The notes: generated from the sequence alone by a model not told the origin. A stretch of DNA of 64,000 nt from Kiritimatiellia bacterium (GCA_028716365.1 JAQUPZ010000001.1:473205-537204), one strand, 5' to 3'; shown: positions 44,302 to 54,988, counted from the stretch's first letter. Made by a program: numbers and translations.

Positions 44302-45882
44302 ATGAAAAAAAAGGTGCTCATTCCCACCAAGCTTGACAAAGTGGCACGGGAAACTCTAGTCGCCAGCGGCAATTACGAAGTTGTACAGGACGATTCAGCC
44401 GATATCCTGGAACTTGCTAAAAAGAATTCAGATGCCTATGCGCTTATAGTACGCAGCGAGAAGGTCACTCCTGAAGTAATAGATGCAATTCCCAAACTAA
44501 AGGTAGTCATCCGCGCCGGTGCAGGGTTCAACACAATAGACACAAAGTATGCCCGTAAAAAGGGAATCGATGTGATGAATACACCCGGGGCCAATTCAAA
44601 TGGTGTTGCCGAGGAAGTCATTGCCCTGATACTGGCCGACGCGCGTCATCTGATAACTGCCGACGCTTCAACCCGCAGGGGTGAATGGGAAAAGAAAGCG
44701 TTCATGGGCCGTGAGTTGGCCGGCAAAACAGTTGGTATTGTCGGCTTGGGCAACATCGGACGTCTGGTTGTAAAAAGACTTTCTGGTTTTGAATGTACCC
44801 TGATTGGTTACGACCCGGTGATTTCCGTTGAGCGGGCAAGGGAAATGAACGTGACCCTCGTGGATTTGGAAGCGCTTTTCTCACAGTCCGATTATATTTC
44901 CCTTCACATTCCGGAAAACGAACAGACCAAGGGGCTCGTCGGGGTAAAACTTCTTTCCCATATTAAGAAAGGCGCCACAATCATAAACTGTGCGAGAGCC
45001 GGGATTATTGATGAGGCTGCTCTGCGAGCGGTTAAGCAGGAAAAAAAATTACGGTTCCTGAATGACGTCTATCCCAAGGATGCGGAAGGCAGAAAAAGCG
45101 TCGAGGACATTGCCGACATAATGGTTCCGCATCTTGGTGCCAGTACCATTGAGGCGAACTATAATGCCGCGAAACGCTCGGCCGAACAACTGATCGATTT
45201 CGATGCCCAAGGCATCACGAGCTTTATCGTCAATCGCGATATTCCGGAAGGGCTCGACAGGGCATATTGCGATCTTGCCAATACGCTTGCCAGACTTTGC
45301 CACTGCCTGATAGGCAAAACAACATCTCTCAAGCTCATTGAGACAAGCATTTACGGCGAACTGGAGCCATTCAGTAAATGGCTGCTCGTCCCGATCGTTG
45401 CCGGTATATGGGAGGATTTCGACCGCTCAATGGATCCCAAGGCCGCGCGGGCATATCTGGAAGGTCGCGGGATCGAATATGTGAACCGCAAGGTTGACCC
45501 GGGTAAAGGTTATGAGGCGTCAATCACGGTTGACCTTACAAGCCAGATTGATTCAGACAATCTGCGGCAGATAAGCATCAGGGGTACAGTTGCCGAAGGA
45601 AATAAAATGGTTTCAAGGATCAATGAATTCGATAAGCTCTATTTTGAGCCTAAAGGCGATACGGTTTTCTTCCTTTATAAGGACCGTCCCGGTGTGATCG
45701 GTACCATAGGCGCGAAACTTGCAAGCGGCAAGATCAATATCGAAGACATGCGCAATCCGCATGATGCCAAGACCAACCGTTCCCTCGCGATACTGAAGGT
45801 CAACCAGCAGGTTCCTGAAGAATTGATGAACGCCATTAGCAAGGAAATAAAGGCAATCTCAGCGTTCAGTATCAAGCTGTAA
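44302..45882 (+). CDS. serA: D-3-phosphoglycerate dehydrogenase with ACT domain
   Basis: RAGAG, NTPGAN, GIVGLGNIG, NCARAG, PHLGAST, KDRPGVIG. Confidence 0.93.
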   Translation: MKKKVLIPTKLDKVARETLVASGNYEVVQDDSADILELAKKNSDAYALIVRSEKVTPEVIDAIPKLKVVIRAGAGFNTIDTKYARKKGIDVMNTPGANSNGVAEEVIALILADARHLITADASTRRGEWEKKAFMGRELAGKTVGIVGLGNIGRLVVKRLSGFECTLIGYDPVISVERAREMNVTLVDLEALFSQSDYISLHIPENEQTKGLVGVKLLSHIKKGATIINCARAGIIDEAALRAVKQEKKLRFLNDVYPKDAEGRKSVEDIADIMVPHLGASTIEANYNAAKRSAEQLIDFDAQGITSFIVNRDIPEGLDRAYCDLANTLARLCHCLIGKTTSLKLIETSIYGELEPFSKWLLVPIVAGIWEDFDRSMDPKAARAYLEGRGIEYVNRKVDPGKGYEASITVDLTSQIDSDNLRQISIRGTVAEGNKMVSRINEFDKLYFEPKGDTVFFLYKDRPGVIGTIGAKLASGKINIEDMRNPHDAKTNRSLAILKVNQQVPEELMNAISKEIKAISAFSIKL

Positions 45883-47607
45883 TTCCCCTTCAGGGAAGAG
45901 CATTGCCGAGCTGAATTCGTTCTGGAATTCAGGATCGAGCGAAAGGTCAAAATGCCGTGTGGCCCTGGTTATCCGGGCCGCGTGTTCTTCTTCTGCCATT
46001 GAAAGAAGGACCATCTTGGCGCCGAACGAAGCCGTATTGCCCATGAAGCGAATCCGTTCACACGGAATTGGCGGCAGCATGCCGATCCGCCTTGCATTGT
46101 TGCGTCTGATAAAATTACCAAATGCGCCGGCAAGCAGAACCGAACCCAGATCTGCCGCCTTGAGATTTTCCATTTTCAAAAGTATGTTGATTCCGGTGCG
46201 TATTGCACCATTGGCAAGCTGGAGCTCGCGGACGTCTTTCTGGTACATGTAAATCGGTTTACCAGTGGCGCTTTCTTTCCGATTGGCCAGCAGGAAACTA
46301 TATTGACCGTTCTGTTCTGTGATGCGATTACGTATTGGTTCCGGTACTGTATCCGGCAGATCTTCCGGCGATTGAATCCGTCCGGTACTGTCTATGACTC
46401 CGCACCTTAAAAGCTCAGCCATGATATCTATTAACCCCGATCCGCAGATTCCGGCGGGTTTCGTATTGCCGATGACATTGATCTGGATATCGCCGTCCGT
46501 AATAACCACTTTCTCAATGGCGCCGGCAGTACCGCGCATACCATTAATTATGCGCGCCCCTTCAAACGCCGGTCCGGCCGCAACAGAAGTGGCCGTTAAT
46601 CTGCCCTTGTTATTGAGAACTATCTCCCCATTGGTACCGACATCAACAAACAATGTAGGTTCCTGCATGCGATCCAGCTGTGTGGCGATGATTCCGGCAA
46701 CTGTATCGCCGCCTACGAACCCGCCGATTTGCGGGAAAACATGAACATCCCCGGCGGGATTGATATTAAGGCCCAGTTCAGACGCTTTCTTTTTCAGCGG
46801 GTCGGTAAATGCGGCAAGAAAAGGTATTTGTCCCAGCGATTCAGGATTAATACCGCACAGGATTTCCTGCATGGCAGTATTCCCGGCAAACACGACCTCA
46901 TAAACATTGTCATGGTTGATACCGGCCTCTTTCAGCAATTTACCAGTCAGGTAATTGATCGCCTTGATGACGGCGCCCTGGAGTTGTTGGAGCCCGTCCT
47001 TTTCATCACGACATTTCTTGATACGGGAAACAACATCGTCTCCATAAGAGGTCTGTGGATTTACCATACTTGCGACTGCCATGTCGGCGCCGGAAACAAG
47101 ATCAACAAGCGTACCCACAATTGTTGTTGTACCGACATCAAATGCAACGCCGTAACACCTGTTTTCAGTATTGCCGGTTTCAGCGTGAATAATCCGGCTG
47201 TCAATAGTTACCGTTGTAACACCGGTCACACGATCAAACTTCTTGATTGTACGGGGCTGGAGTTTGACTTTGCCGCCGACATCATGCGATAAGATCTTCT
47301 GTGTGGTCTGGAACAGGGATGAATCCGGAATCTCAACTCTCAGTTCCTCGTGTACTTTGCACTGACAGGCAAGCCGGTATCCCTGGGCAAGCATGTTGGA
47401 ATCAAGAATTGCTTTTTCCTGGTCGGAAGGCGGACATTTACCTGAAGTTATGCGTACCAGACATTTGCCGCACTTGGCGCTGCCGCCGCAGGGTGTCTGT
47501 AATATATAGCCGGCCTCACCAGCGGCTTCGAGGAGTATGGTGCCATTCAGTACGAAAACACTGCGGCCTGAAGGTTCAAATGTTACGCGCAGTTCCCTGT
47601 TCATAAT
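45859..47607 (-). CDS. ASKHA (DUF4445) protein with N-terminal 2Fe-2S domain; RACo-like
   Basis: CGGSAKCGKC, LACQC, FDVGTTT, FVGGDTVA, DVGTNGE, AGPAFEG, GICGSG, LAGAFG. Confidence 0.9.
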   Translation of the reverse strand: MMNRELRVTFEPSGRSVFVLNGTILLEAAGEAGYILQTPCGGSAKCGKCLVRITSGKCPPSDQEKAILDSNMLAQGYRLACQCKVHEELRVEIPDSSLFQTTQKILSHDVGGKVKLQPRTIKKFDRVTGVTTVTIDSRIIHAETGNTENRCYGVAFDVGTTTIVGTLVDLVSGADMAVASMVNPQTSYGDDVVSRIKKCRDEKDGLQQLQGAVIKAINYLTGKLLKEAGINHDNVYEVVFAGNTAMQEILCGINPESLGQIPFLAAFTDPLKKKASELGLNINPAGDVHVFPQIGGFVGGDTVAGIIATQLDRMQEPTLFVDVGTNGEIVLNNKGRLTATSVAAGPAFEGARIINGMRGTAGAIEKVVITDGDIQINVIGNTKPAGICGSGLIDIMAELLRCGVIDSTGRIQSPEDLPDTVPEPIRNRITEQNGQYSFLLANRKESATGKPIYMYQKDVRELQLANGAIRTGINILLKMENLKAADLGSVLLAGAFGNFIRRNNARRIGMLPPIPCERIRFMGNTASFGAKMVLLSMAEEEHAARITRATRHFDLSLDPEFQNEFSSAMLFPEGELQLDTER

Positions 47608-48245
47608 ACTCCGAAAAGTTCGTCCACATTTTCCACAATCGGACAATCACAACGCTGTAACCTTTCTCTGGCCTGATGTCCGTCTGTCAAAAGTATACAC
47701 CGGCAGTTCAACTCGCAGGCGACTTCGTAGTCATGATCGGTGTCGCCAATCAGCAGAACGTGGTCTGAAGGCGTGCCGGTATCCTGCTGAAATTTCCTGC
47801 CCAGTTTAACTTTTGAACTGCCATAAAGGTCCGAATGACCGTAGACATTCTTGAAATACTTCCGGATCCCTTTGGCCTCGAGCAGTCCCTCCAGAATTGA
47901 CAGTTCCGACGCCGAAAGAACAGACATGGATTTACCACTGGATGCCAGGCTTTCCAATACCCTGGTAATTCCTGCCCTGAGGTTCGTGTCCTGTACTTCT
48001 TTCATGTAGATTTTGTGGAATTCATTTGAGACATTATCCCAACTTTCCGAACGGAGGTCGAACCCCAGCTTTACATAACAGTCTTTGATAGGAAACCCGA
48101 ATATATCACGGTACTCCACGAGATTTATAACCGGAAGCCCGCGCCTGGCAAGCATGACATTTATGGTTCGCAGGCTCGCGGCAATATCATCGAGCAGGGT
48201 CCCATTCCAATCCCAGATAATGTGTTGTATTCCATTTACCTTCAT
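47601..48245 (-). CDS. HAD-family hydrolase
   Basis: WDWNGTLLD; LIGDTDHD. Confidence 0.9.
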   Translation of the reverse strand: MKVNGIQHIIWDWNGTLLDDIAASLRTINVMLARRGLPVINLVEYRDIFGFPIKDCYVKLGFDLRSESWDNVSNEFHKIYMKEVQDTNLRAGITRVLESLASSGKSMSVLSASELSILEGLLEAKGIRKYFKNVYGHSDLYGSSKVKLGRKFQQDTGTPSDHVLLIGDTDHDYEVACELNCRCILLTDGHQARERLQRCDCPIVENVDELFGVL

Positions 48246-48442
48246 AAATTTAAAAGAGATAATAGCATTCACATCGATGGATCACTATGCCAAAATAATA
48301 ATCTTAATCGTAATTTTAATCCTGGTCGTATATCCTCTGCATATTCAGAAGATTACTGACAGGATCAAGATTATGATACTGAAACCGGCAGAAGACCTAA
48401 GCAAACAGGCCTGTAGAACGTTCTTTCCATGGAAAAGCAGGA

Positions 48443-48985
48443 ATGAGCACCAGTAATGAAGATATGAATGCCGCAAAGCTGGCGGCTTTTGAAACCATCG
48501 TATCCGAATACGAAGGTATGTTATTACGGTATGTCGCGCGTATTGTCCAGAGCCATGACGCCGCACAGGATATCGTACAGGACACGTTCATAAAACTGTT
48601 TCAGGACTGGGAAGATGAGCTCCGTCCGTCTCCGGAAATATCCAGCTGGTTATACCGTGTGGCCCACAATTGTGCTGTGGATCATCTTAGAAAAGAAACC
48701 AGACGAAATCTTCTGCATAACCGCCATGCAGAAGAACATGATGAGTTTGTTCTGCCGAACCGCGGGGATGGCTTTCGCCTGAATGAGGCAGCCGAGAAAG
48801 CCGCTGCCGCCCTCCGCAAATTGAGTCTCCGGGAACAACAGATGGTGATCCTCAAAGTTTACGAGGAGAAATCATACAGGGAAATCAGCGAAATTACCGG
48901 ACTGTCCGTGGGTAATGTCGGATACATACTGCATTTTGCAATGAAGAAACTGGCCGAGGAATTAAAGCGAACGAGCGTGATATGA
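48443..48985 (+). CDS. ECF sigma factor
   Basis: AQDIVQDTF, WLYRVAHN, LSLREQ, SYREISEITGLSVGNV. Confidence 0.92.
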   Translation: MSTSNEDMNAAKLAAFETIVSEYEGMLLRYVARIVQSHDAAQDIVQDTFIKLFQDWEDELRPSPEISSWLYRVAHNCAVDHLRKETRRNLLHNRHAEEHDEFVLPNRGDGFRLNEAAEKAAAALRKLSLREQQMVILKVYEEKSYREISEITGLSVGNVGYILHFAMKKLAEELKRTSVI

Positions 48986-49272
48986 AGAAACGCAGGGACA
49001 CAAAACAGCAGAATGTTAAACCGGAATGCCGGTTAACATATCCCCTGCTGTTTGATTATGCCTGCCATGCCGGTGATCTGGACAAGGGCCTTTTCGAACT
49101 TGTCAGGAAACATCTTGCACATTGTCCGGCTTGCCGGAAAACGGCGAAAGACATAAGTTCTGTGGTTGGTATACTGCGTACTGTTTCAGAAGCCGACAAA
49201 AACATACCAAGCCGCCTTTCTCCGGAACGCCGCCGGCGAATCATGCAGTTTTTGGGCAAATCCCGGGATTGA
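48982..49272 (+). CDS. Short zf-HC2 anti-sigma-like protein
   Basis: HLAHCPAC; coupled to the sigma gene; no TM segment. Confidence 0.75.
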   Translation: MKKRRDTKQQNVKPECRLTYPLLFDYACHAGDLDKGLFELVRKHLAHCPACRKTAKDISSVVGILRTVSEADKNIPSRLSPERRRRIMQFLGKSRD

Positions 49273-49318
49273 CTGGTTTGAAGAACAAAACATAATTAAA
49301 AGAGCTTAAGGTGTTAAA

Positions 49319-50311
49319 ATGAATAAACCGGTAATAGGAATAACAATGGGTGATCCGGCAGGGGTCGGACCTGAACTTTGTCTTCGTGTTCTGAAAGAAA
49401 AGCAAGTCCTGCAGAAGTGCCGGCCGGTGATTTTCGGAGATGCCGCCGTGCTTGAACGTGTGGCACGACTGTGTCGTTTATCCCGTCCCCGTTTTGTAGT
49501 TCCGATAGAGAAATGGACAAAGATGAAACGTGCCTCGGATTTTCCCCTTGTTGTTGATTGTCAGTCTATCGAGGCGGAACATGTATTACCGGGGAAAATT
49601 AATCCGGCTTGTGGAAGCGCTTCGTACAGGTATATCGAGGCAGCGGTGAGTTCTGCCAAGTGCGGGAAAATTGCGGCGATCGCGACAGCTCCCATAAACA
49701 AGGAGTCCCTTAACCTGGCAGGAATCAAATATCCAGGGCATACTGAAATTCTTGCCAAACTGACACATGCACGCCGGGTCTGCATGATGATGGCGTCGAA
49801 TGAAATAAAGGTCAGTCTTGTAACCATCCACACAGGTCTTGCCCGTGTCCCGGAACAGCTCTCCGTGAAAGGTATTGTTGATGTCATTGAACTGACAGAT
49901 GGTGTAATCAGACGTCTTGGGAAGACCAAACCGCGCATTGCTGTTTGCGCGCTCAATCCCCATGGAGGAGAGAATGGATTGTTCGGGACCGAAGAGAAGA
50001 AAATCATAAAACCCGCCATTGAACGGGCGCGTAAAAAAGGAATTGCAGTGACAGGACCTGTTGTCCCTGACACGGCTTTTCTGCCTCAAAAACGCAGGGA
50101 ATTTGATGCTTATGTTGTGATGTACCACGACCAGGGCCTTATTCCTTTTAAAATGCTGGCCTTTGATAATGGTGTGAACATTACGCTCGGCCTCCCGATT
50201 GTCCGGACATCGGTTGACCATGGCACGGCATTTGACATAGCATGGCAGGGTAAGGCTTCTGCCAGCAGTATGGTCCAAAGCATTTTATGGGCGGCGAAAT
50301 TGGCAAAATAA
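49319..50311 (+). CDS. pdxA: 4-hydroxythreonine-4-phosphate dehydrogenase
   Basis: ITMGDPAGVGPE, TAPINK, GHTE, LNPHGGE, MYHDQG, RTSVDHGTAFDIA. Confidence 0.96.
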   Translation: MNKPVIGITMGDPAGVGPELCLRVLKEKQVLQKCRPVIFGDAAVLERVARLCRLSRPRFVVPIEKWTKMKRASDFPLVVDCQSIEAEHVLPGKINPACGSASYRYIEAAVSSAKCGKIAAIATAPINKESLNLAGIKYPGHTEILAKLTHARRVCMMMASNEIKVSLVTIHTGLARVPEQLSVKGIVDVIELTDGVIRRLGKTKPRIAVCALNPHGGENGLFGTEEKKIIKPAIERARKKGIAVTGPVVPDTAFLPQKRREFDAYVVMYHDQGLIPFKMLAFDNGVNITLGLPIVRTSVDHGTAFDIAWQGKASASSMVQSILWAAKLAK

Positions 50312-50313
50312 AA

Positions 50314-50345
50314 AAGGGATCACTGTTCATGGTGATCCCTTCTTT
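50314..50345. terminator. Bidirectional terminator between pdxA and the porin gene
   Basis: AAGGGATCAC-N8-GTGATCCCTT with A-run before and T-rich run after. Confidence 0.8.
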
Positions 50346-50365
50346 GTAAACAATTGTTTCAAGAA

Positions 50366-51448
50366 TTACAGTAGGAACTGCAGACCAACTAAAATTGTGG
50401 TTGGACTGTCACCCCATCGATATTCCACGCCGCCGCGGGCATTGTGCCCCTTGAGAAAATAATTCAGGCCGACAGTATAATCCTCGACGTTGTCATTACC
50501 GTCAGCATCCTGGATACTGTATTTCCCGGTCAACTGTGTCTGCTTGACCATGGCGCCGGCCTCGACGCATGCCGTATCTCCATCGAAAGAGGAATTGTCC
50601 CACCTGTACCAGCCGCCGTTAAGAGTTAGCCCAACAGGCCCAGCCTGACAGCCGGACTGAAAGTCAACAACCACCGCATCGGAATCCATGATATTTGTAA
50701 CCTTGTTGGTGGAACCGGCTAATGTTGAAGAAGTCAGTGTGGCTTTGTCTTGCTGATCAATACCGGCGCCGATTGAGAAATATGGCGCGCCTTTCCCAAG
50801 GCGTTCCTGGCTGAAGAACCAGCCTGTTTCAGCCTTGCCGATAAGATTAAGTGCAATATGTCCGGTCAACCGCAGGGAAGCATCGGGATTTTTTGCGCCA
50901 TCAGTCGAGTCATATCCATCGTAAGCGCCGACGATATAAGAGAACCTGTCGCTGAGATTGCCATGAAGTTCTGCACCGTAATCGCGCCATACAAATGTGT
51001 TTACCAGTTTGATGACTTCAGTGTTGTAGTCAACACCCAGGAGAGTACTTGCGCCAGCGCGGCTTTCAAAAGAGAAGGGGAGCAGTATGAAACCGGTCTT
51101 GAGCCATTGTTCTCCCAAATCACATTTATGGAGACGAACATCGAGGAATGCATCCTGGATATCCACGTGAACGTTCGATACTCCATTCTTTCCGGCATTG
51201 GGAGCATCAGTTTCGACGAAGAACATGATACCGTCCATGACCTGACCGGTGAGCATTATTCTGCCGCGCCTCAGGAAGAAATCTTCCTTGTCAGTGCCAT
51301 TATCCGTATAGAGGAAATGCGGTTGTCCCAGTACTCCCAACTGCATCCAGCAATTACTGTCGCTGTTGATTTCCCATTTTGGTCCCGCGTAGGTTGTTAC
51401 TGCTGCCAGAACCAACACTGTCAACATGCTTACGACCAGTCTTCTCAT
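50366..51448 (-). CDS. Outer-membrane porin (OprO/OprP-like)
   Basis: Signal peptide; FFLRRGRIML.G; IQDAFLD; WRDYG; C-terminal VGLQFLL. Confidence 0.75.
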   Translation of the reverse strand: MRRLVVSMLTVLVLAAVTTYAGPKWEINSDSNCWMQLGVLGQPHFLYTDNGTDKEDFFLRRGRIMLTGQVMDGIMFFVETDAPNAGKNGVSNVHVDIQDAFLDVRLHKCDLGEQWLKTGFILLPFSFESRAGASTLLGVDYNTEVIKLVNTFVWRDYGAELHGNLSDRFSYIVGAYDGYDSTDGAKNPDASLRLTGHIALNLIGKAETGWFFSQERLGKGAPYFSIGAGIDQQDKATLTSSTLAGSTNKVTNIMDSDAVVVDFQSGCQAGPVGLTLNGGWYRWDNSSFDGDTACVEAGAMVKQTQLTGKYSIQDADGNDNVEDYTVGLNYFLKGHNARGGVEYRWGDSPTTILVGLQFLL

Positions 51449-51632
51449 ACAATGATCCTTTCTGTTTTGTTAGAATAATTTCTTCCATTTATTGGTGCAA
51501 ATAAAACAATAACCTACATTTTCACACACTGTATTATCAAGCATCTCTTTTATTTTTCTGGGCATATTCTGATGCCGGTCAGGAACAATGATTGCGATTG
51601 ATTTTTTCCGGATAATTGTGGATTTTCCCACC

Positions 51633-52610
51633 ATGGTAAAGAAAGCCGCACGTATTATTTTTCTGATAAACGTTCTGCTTCTATTCAATGGTTGTATTTC
51701 TCTCAATGATTCGCATAGGAGAGATCTTTATCGGCATATCAAAGCCGCATCGGTGGAAGTACTCGTTGATGGACACCTCGAAGGATCCGGCTGGTTTGCG
51801 GACCCTGCCGGATATGTAATAACAGCAGCTCATGCCGTCAGCCGCTCTAATATCAGCATCGAAATAGTTTTTGGAAATAAAGGACGACTACCAGCTGAAA
51901 TAATTGCGTCAGACAGGGGACACGACATTGCCCTGCTCAAGATTAAAGAAGGTACAGGCCCATACCAGTCCCTGAAAATTGCAGACAGTATTCCGGACCC
52001 GGAAGCCCCTGTTTATCTTTACGGTTCCCCCATGTTTCATCACGGGATCATGCTGGGAGGAATCGTGGCGCGTGACAGCACCACTTTTACTTATTACACC
52101 GATCGCCGGATGCTTGTGCGTTGTTACCATGTGACAGCTCCTTCACCGCCCGGAACATCCGGTGGACCCTGGGTCGACAGGCGTGGACAGGTCGTTGGAA
52201 ACCAGTCAGGTTTCATCACGCATCAGGGAACCGGGGCCGGTATTGCCCTTGTGGCGCCACCGGACGCAATTCACCGGCTTGTTGCCACGAAAAAATCCGT
52301 CCCCACGCCAACCCTTGGTTGTGGCCTGGAAGAACTATGGACACAGTCACCCGGCTTCATTAAACGCTTTCCCAAAGGAACAGAAGGAGTAGTCACTATT
52401 CCCATAGACAAAGGCGGATCAGTCGAAGCTGCCGGATTAAATAAAGAGTCGCTCATCATTTCAATAGAAGGACAGGCCATCCGTTACAAGGATGATCTTT
52501 ACAGGGTAATTCATGCCAGGAAACCCGGTGATATAATCAATATAAAAGTCCTTGATCCGGACAAGACAACTCCGCGCGATGTTCAGATCAAACTTGGCAA
52601 ACTTGATTAA
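51633..52610 (+). CDS. HtrA-like S1C serine protease with PDZ domain (lipoprotein)
   Basis: Lipobox FNGC; TAAHAV, DIALLK, PGTSGGP; C-terminal PDZ. Confidence 0.88.
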   Translation: MVKKAARIIFLINVLLLFNGCISLNDSHRRDLYRHIKAASVEVLVDGHLEGSGWFADPAGYVITAAHAVSRSNISIEIVFGNKGRLPAEIIASDRGHDIALLKIKEGTGPYQSLKIADSIPDPEAPVYLYGSPMFHHGIMLGGIVARDSTTFTYYTDRRMLVRCYHVTAPSPPGTSGGPWVDRRGQVVGNQSGFITHQGTGAGIALVAPPDAIHRLVATKKSVPTPTLGCGLEELWTQSPGFIKRFPKGTEGVVTIPIDKGGSVEAAGLNKESLIISIEGQAIRYKDDLYRVIHARKPGDIINIKVLDPDKTTPRDVQIKLGKLD

Positions 52611-52614
52611 ATCA

Positions 52615-53481
52615 TCAGACTAGCGTTCCGCAAACAACCCTGTCCCTGCCGGCAAGGTCTTTGAAGACCATGATTTCATGGAACCCTGCACCGGCAAGCA
52701 ATGATTTCACCGCGTTGGCCTGTGTATCACCGATTTCAAGGAACAGGAAACCGCCGGGTTTGAGTGCTATCGCCGCATCCTGTACAATTGTTTCAATTAC
52801 CATTAACCCGTTTGGTCCGCCATCCAGTGACAGTCGCGGCTCGTGATTGAGGATGTTTACAGGAAGTTTCTCGTACGTAGCGGTTGGAATGTAAGGCGGA
52901 TTGGAAACAATGGCGGAGATGGTACCAGGCTCAACCGCATCCGGCAGTTCGTTGCAGGCAAATGCAATCTTACCGGCAGCGCCAAGCGCGGCAGCGTTCT
53001 CATTTGCCAGCGCCACGGCATCTTCGCTGATATCCAATCCGATATAAAGAGCTTCCGGCCTGGCCAGCGCAAGGCTGATCACAATACAACCTGAACCCGT
53101 ACCGACATCAACAATCGCAGGCTTGTCATTTTGCCAGAGCGGTTTGCATTCCAGGACTTGATTCACAAGTATTTCGGTTTCAGGCCTTGGTATCAGGGCG
53201 CGCTTGTCCGTCTTGAATATGTAACCCATGAATTCGGCCTGGCCGGTTACATATTGGACAGGTTCACCTTCGCCGACCCGTTTGACGCCCCTGATCATTG
53301 CTTCAATCAGTTTATCGCTGAGAACGGTATCAAATTTCAGGTAAAGTTCGAGACGCTTGCATTTGAGAAGCCTGCTGGCGAGGAGTTCGCAGATCAACCG
53401 GGGATGTTCAATGTTTTTCGCAGCAAGATGGTCAGTCCCGGTTTCCAGCACATCCTTTACAGTTTTGGAAGTCATCTCCAT
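52615..53481 (-). CDS. prmC: Release-factor glutamine methyltransferase
   Basis: GEPVQY, LIPRPETE, DVGTGSG, SNPPY, LEIG, DLAGRDR. Confidence 0.96.
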   Translation of the reverse strand: MEMTSKTVKDVLETGTDHLAAKNIEHPRLICELLASRLLKCKRLELYLKFDTVLSDKLIEAMIRGVKRVGEGEPVQYVTGQAEFMGYIFKTDKRALIPRPETEILVNQVLECKPLWQNDKPAIVDVGTGSGCIVISLALARPEALYIGLDISEDAVALANENAAALGAAGKIAFACNELPDAVEPGTISAIVSNPPYIPTATYEKLPVNILNHEPRLSLDGGPNGLMVIETIVQDAAIALKPGGFLFLEIGDTQANAVKSLLAGAGFHEIMVFKDLAGRDRVVCGTLV

Positions 53482-53534
53482 AAAGATATACTACCATGAG
53501 ATCTGCGCAAAAAAACCTTTAAGGTTATTTTTCC

Positions 53535-54644
53535 TTACGATTTTGACAGCGTAACGCCGATGTTCTTCATTTCTGTCTCGAGCCGTAGTTGGACATCACG
53601 TTCACGCAAGGTTGTTAAAAGCTCCCCGATATCGCCATCAATGACCTTGTCGAGACTGTAGAGCGTGAAATTAATCCGGTGGTCTGTCAGCCGGTTCTGT
53701 GGAAAATTGTATGTGCGTATACGTTCACTGCGGTCACCAGTTCCGATCTGCGAACGGCGGAAATTGCCTTTTTTCTCATCTTCTTCGCGGCGCCTGAGAT
53801 CAAGCAGGCGCGCCTTTAATACAGCCATGGCCTTGTCCTTATTGCGTTTCTGCGATCTTTCATCCTGGCTTTGAACGACCACGCCTGTTGCCAGATGTGT
53901 TATACGAACGGCTGAATATGTCGTATTCACGCTTTGTCCGCCGGGACCGGATGAGCAGAATATATCAACCCGGATTTCGTCGGGTTTTATTTCAATATCA
54001 TCATCCGGGTCGGCCTCGGGAAAGACCGCGACGGTTGCCGCCGAGGTATGGATCCTGCCCGATCCTTCTGTCTCGGGTATGCGCTGGACGCGATGTCCGC
54101 CACTTTCATATTTCAGTGCGGCGTAAACATCCTGGCCTTCAACGGAGAAAATGACTTCCTTGTAACCGCCGATTTCGCTTGTGCTGCCGTCAATCATGCC
54201 GATTTTCCAGCTGTTCCTTTCGGCGTAATGGCTGTACATGCGGAAAAGGTCGCCTGCGAACAAAGCTGCCTCGTCGCCTCCTGTACCGGCGCGGATTTCC
54301 ATGATCGCATTACGGCTGTCGCTTGGATCGGGCGGAAGAAGGGCAATGAGCAATTCACGTTCTGCAACAGGAAGGGCTTTTTCAAGGTCCGTTATTTCTG
54401 TCTTTGCAAGTTCTTTAAGTTCCGCGTCTGCGCTTTCGCTTGCAATCAATTCCCTGTGTTCGTTGACGTCGTCTTCAAGCCGCGTGAATCTGTCTGCCTT
54501 CTCTTTGAGTCTTTTCAGCGCGGCATGTTCACGGAGAAGTTCGCGGAATTTTTTCTGGTTTGCCGAAGCCGCGGGATTGGCGAGTTCGTTTTCGATTTCA
54601 GTGAGCCGCCCCATCCTTTTTTCAATATATGCCCTGTCAATCAT
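53535..54644 (-). CDS. prfA: Peptide chain release factor 1
   Basis: EIRAGTGG, ESGGHRVQRIP, HTS, GPGGQSVN, RSERIRTYNFPQ; upstream of prmC. Confidence 0.97.
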   Translation of the reverse strand: MIDRAYIEKRMGRLTEIENELANPAASANQKKFRELLREHAALKRLKEKADRFTRLEDDVNEHRELIASESADAELKELAKTEITDLEKALPVAERELLIALLPPDPSDSRNAIMEIRAGTGGDEAALFAGDLFRMYSHYAERNSWKIGMIDGSTSEIGGYKEVIFSVEGQDVYAALKYESGGHRVQRIPETEGSGRIHTSAATVAVFPEADPDDDIEIKPDEIRVDIFCSSGPGGQSVNTTYSAVRITHLATGVVVQSQDERSQKRNKDKAMAVLKARLLDLRRREEDEKKGNFRRSQIGTGDRSERIRTYNFPQNRLTDHRINFTLYSLDKVIDGDIGELLTTLRERDVQLRLETEMKNIGVTLSKS

Positions 54645-54724
54645 GATAAATCAGATGTCAACAATTAGAAGCAAGAAGTCAGAAAATATCCTTATGCATT
54701 TTTACTTTGCGAAGTGTTTCCCGG

Positions 54725-54769
54725 AAAACAAAACGGACCGGATGGAATTTACAGATTCAATCCGGCCCG
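54725..54769 (-). terminator. Probable terminator after rpmE
   Basis: Imperfect CGGACCGGAT/ATCCGGCCCG stem with an A-run on the + strand side. Confidence 0.5.
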
Positions 54770-54781
54770 TGACTGATAAAG

Positions 54782-54988
54782 CTACTTCTTTTTGCTGCTG
54801 TAACGTTTTCTGAACTGCTCGACACGGCCTTCCGTGTCAATCAGCGTTGCTGTTCCCGTAAAGAAAGGATGGCATGCCGAGCATGTATTTACCTGCATTT
54901 CCTTGACGGTGGAACGTGTATGGATCACATTACCGCAGGCACAGGTAATTGTCGCTGCGTCGTATTTAGGATGTATATCTTTTTTCAT
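54782..54988 (-). CDS. rpmE: 50S ribosomal protein L31 (Zn-binding type)
   Basis: MKKDIHPKY, CACG, CSACHPFFTG, GRVEQF. Confidence 0.97.
   Translation of the reverse strand: MKKDIHPKYDAATITCACGNVIHTRSTVKEMQVNTCSACHPFFTGTATLIDTEGRVEQFRKRYSSKKK

Noticed and set aside
52644-52660. CCTGCCGGCAAGG palindrome as a REP insertion
   Set aside because: It encodes the conserved DLAGRDR C-terminal motif of PrmC.
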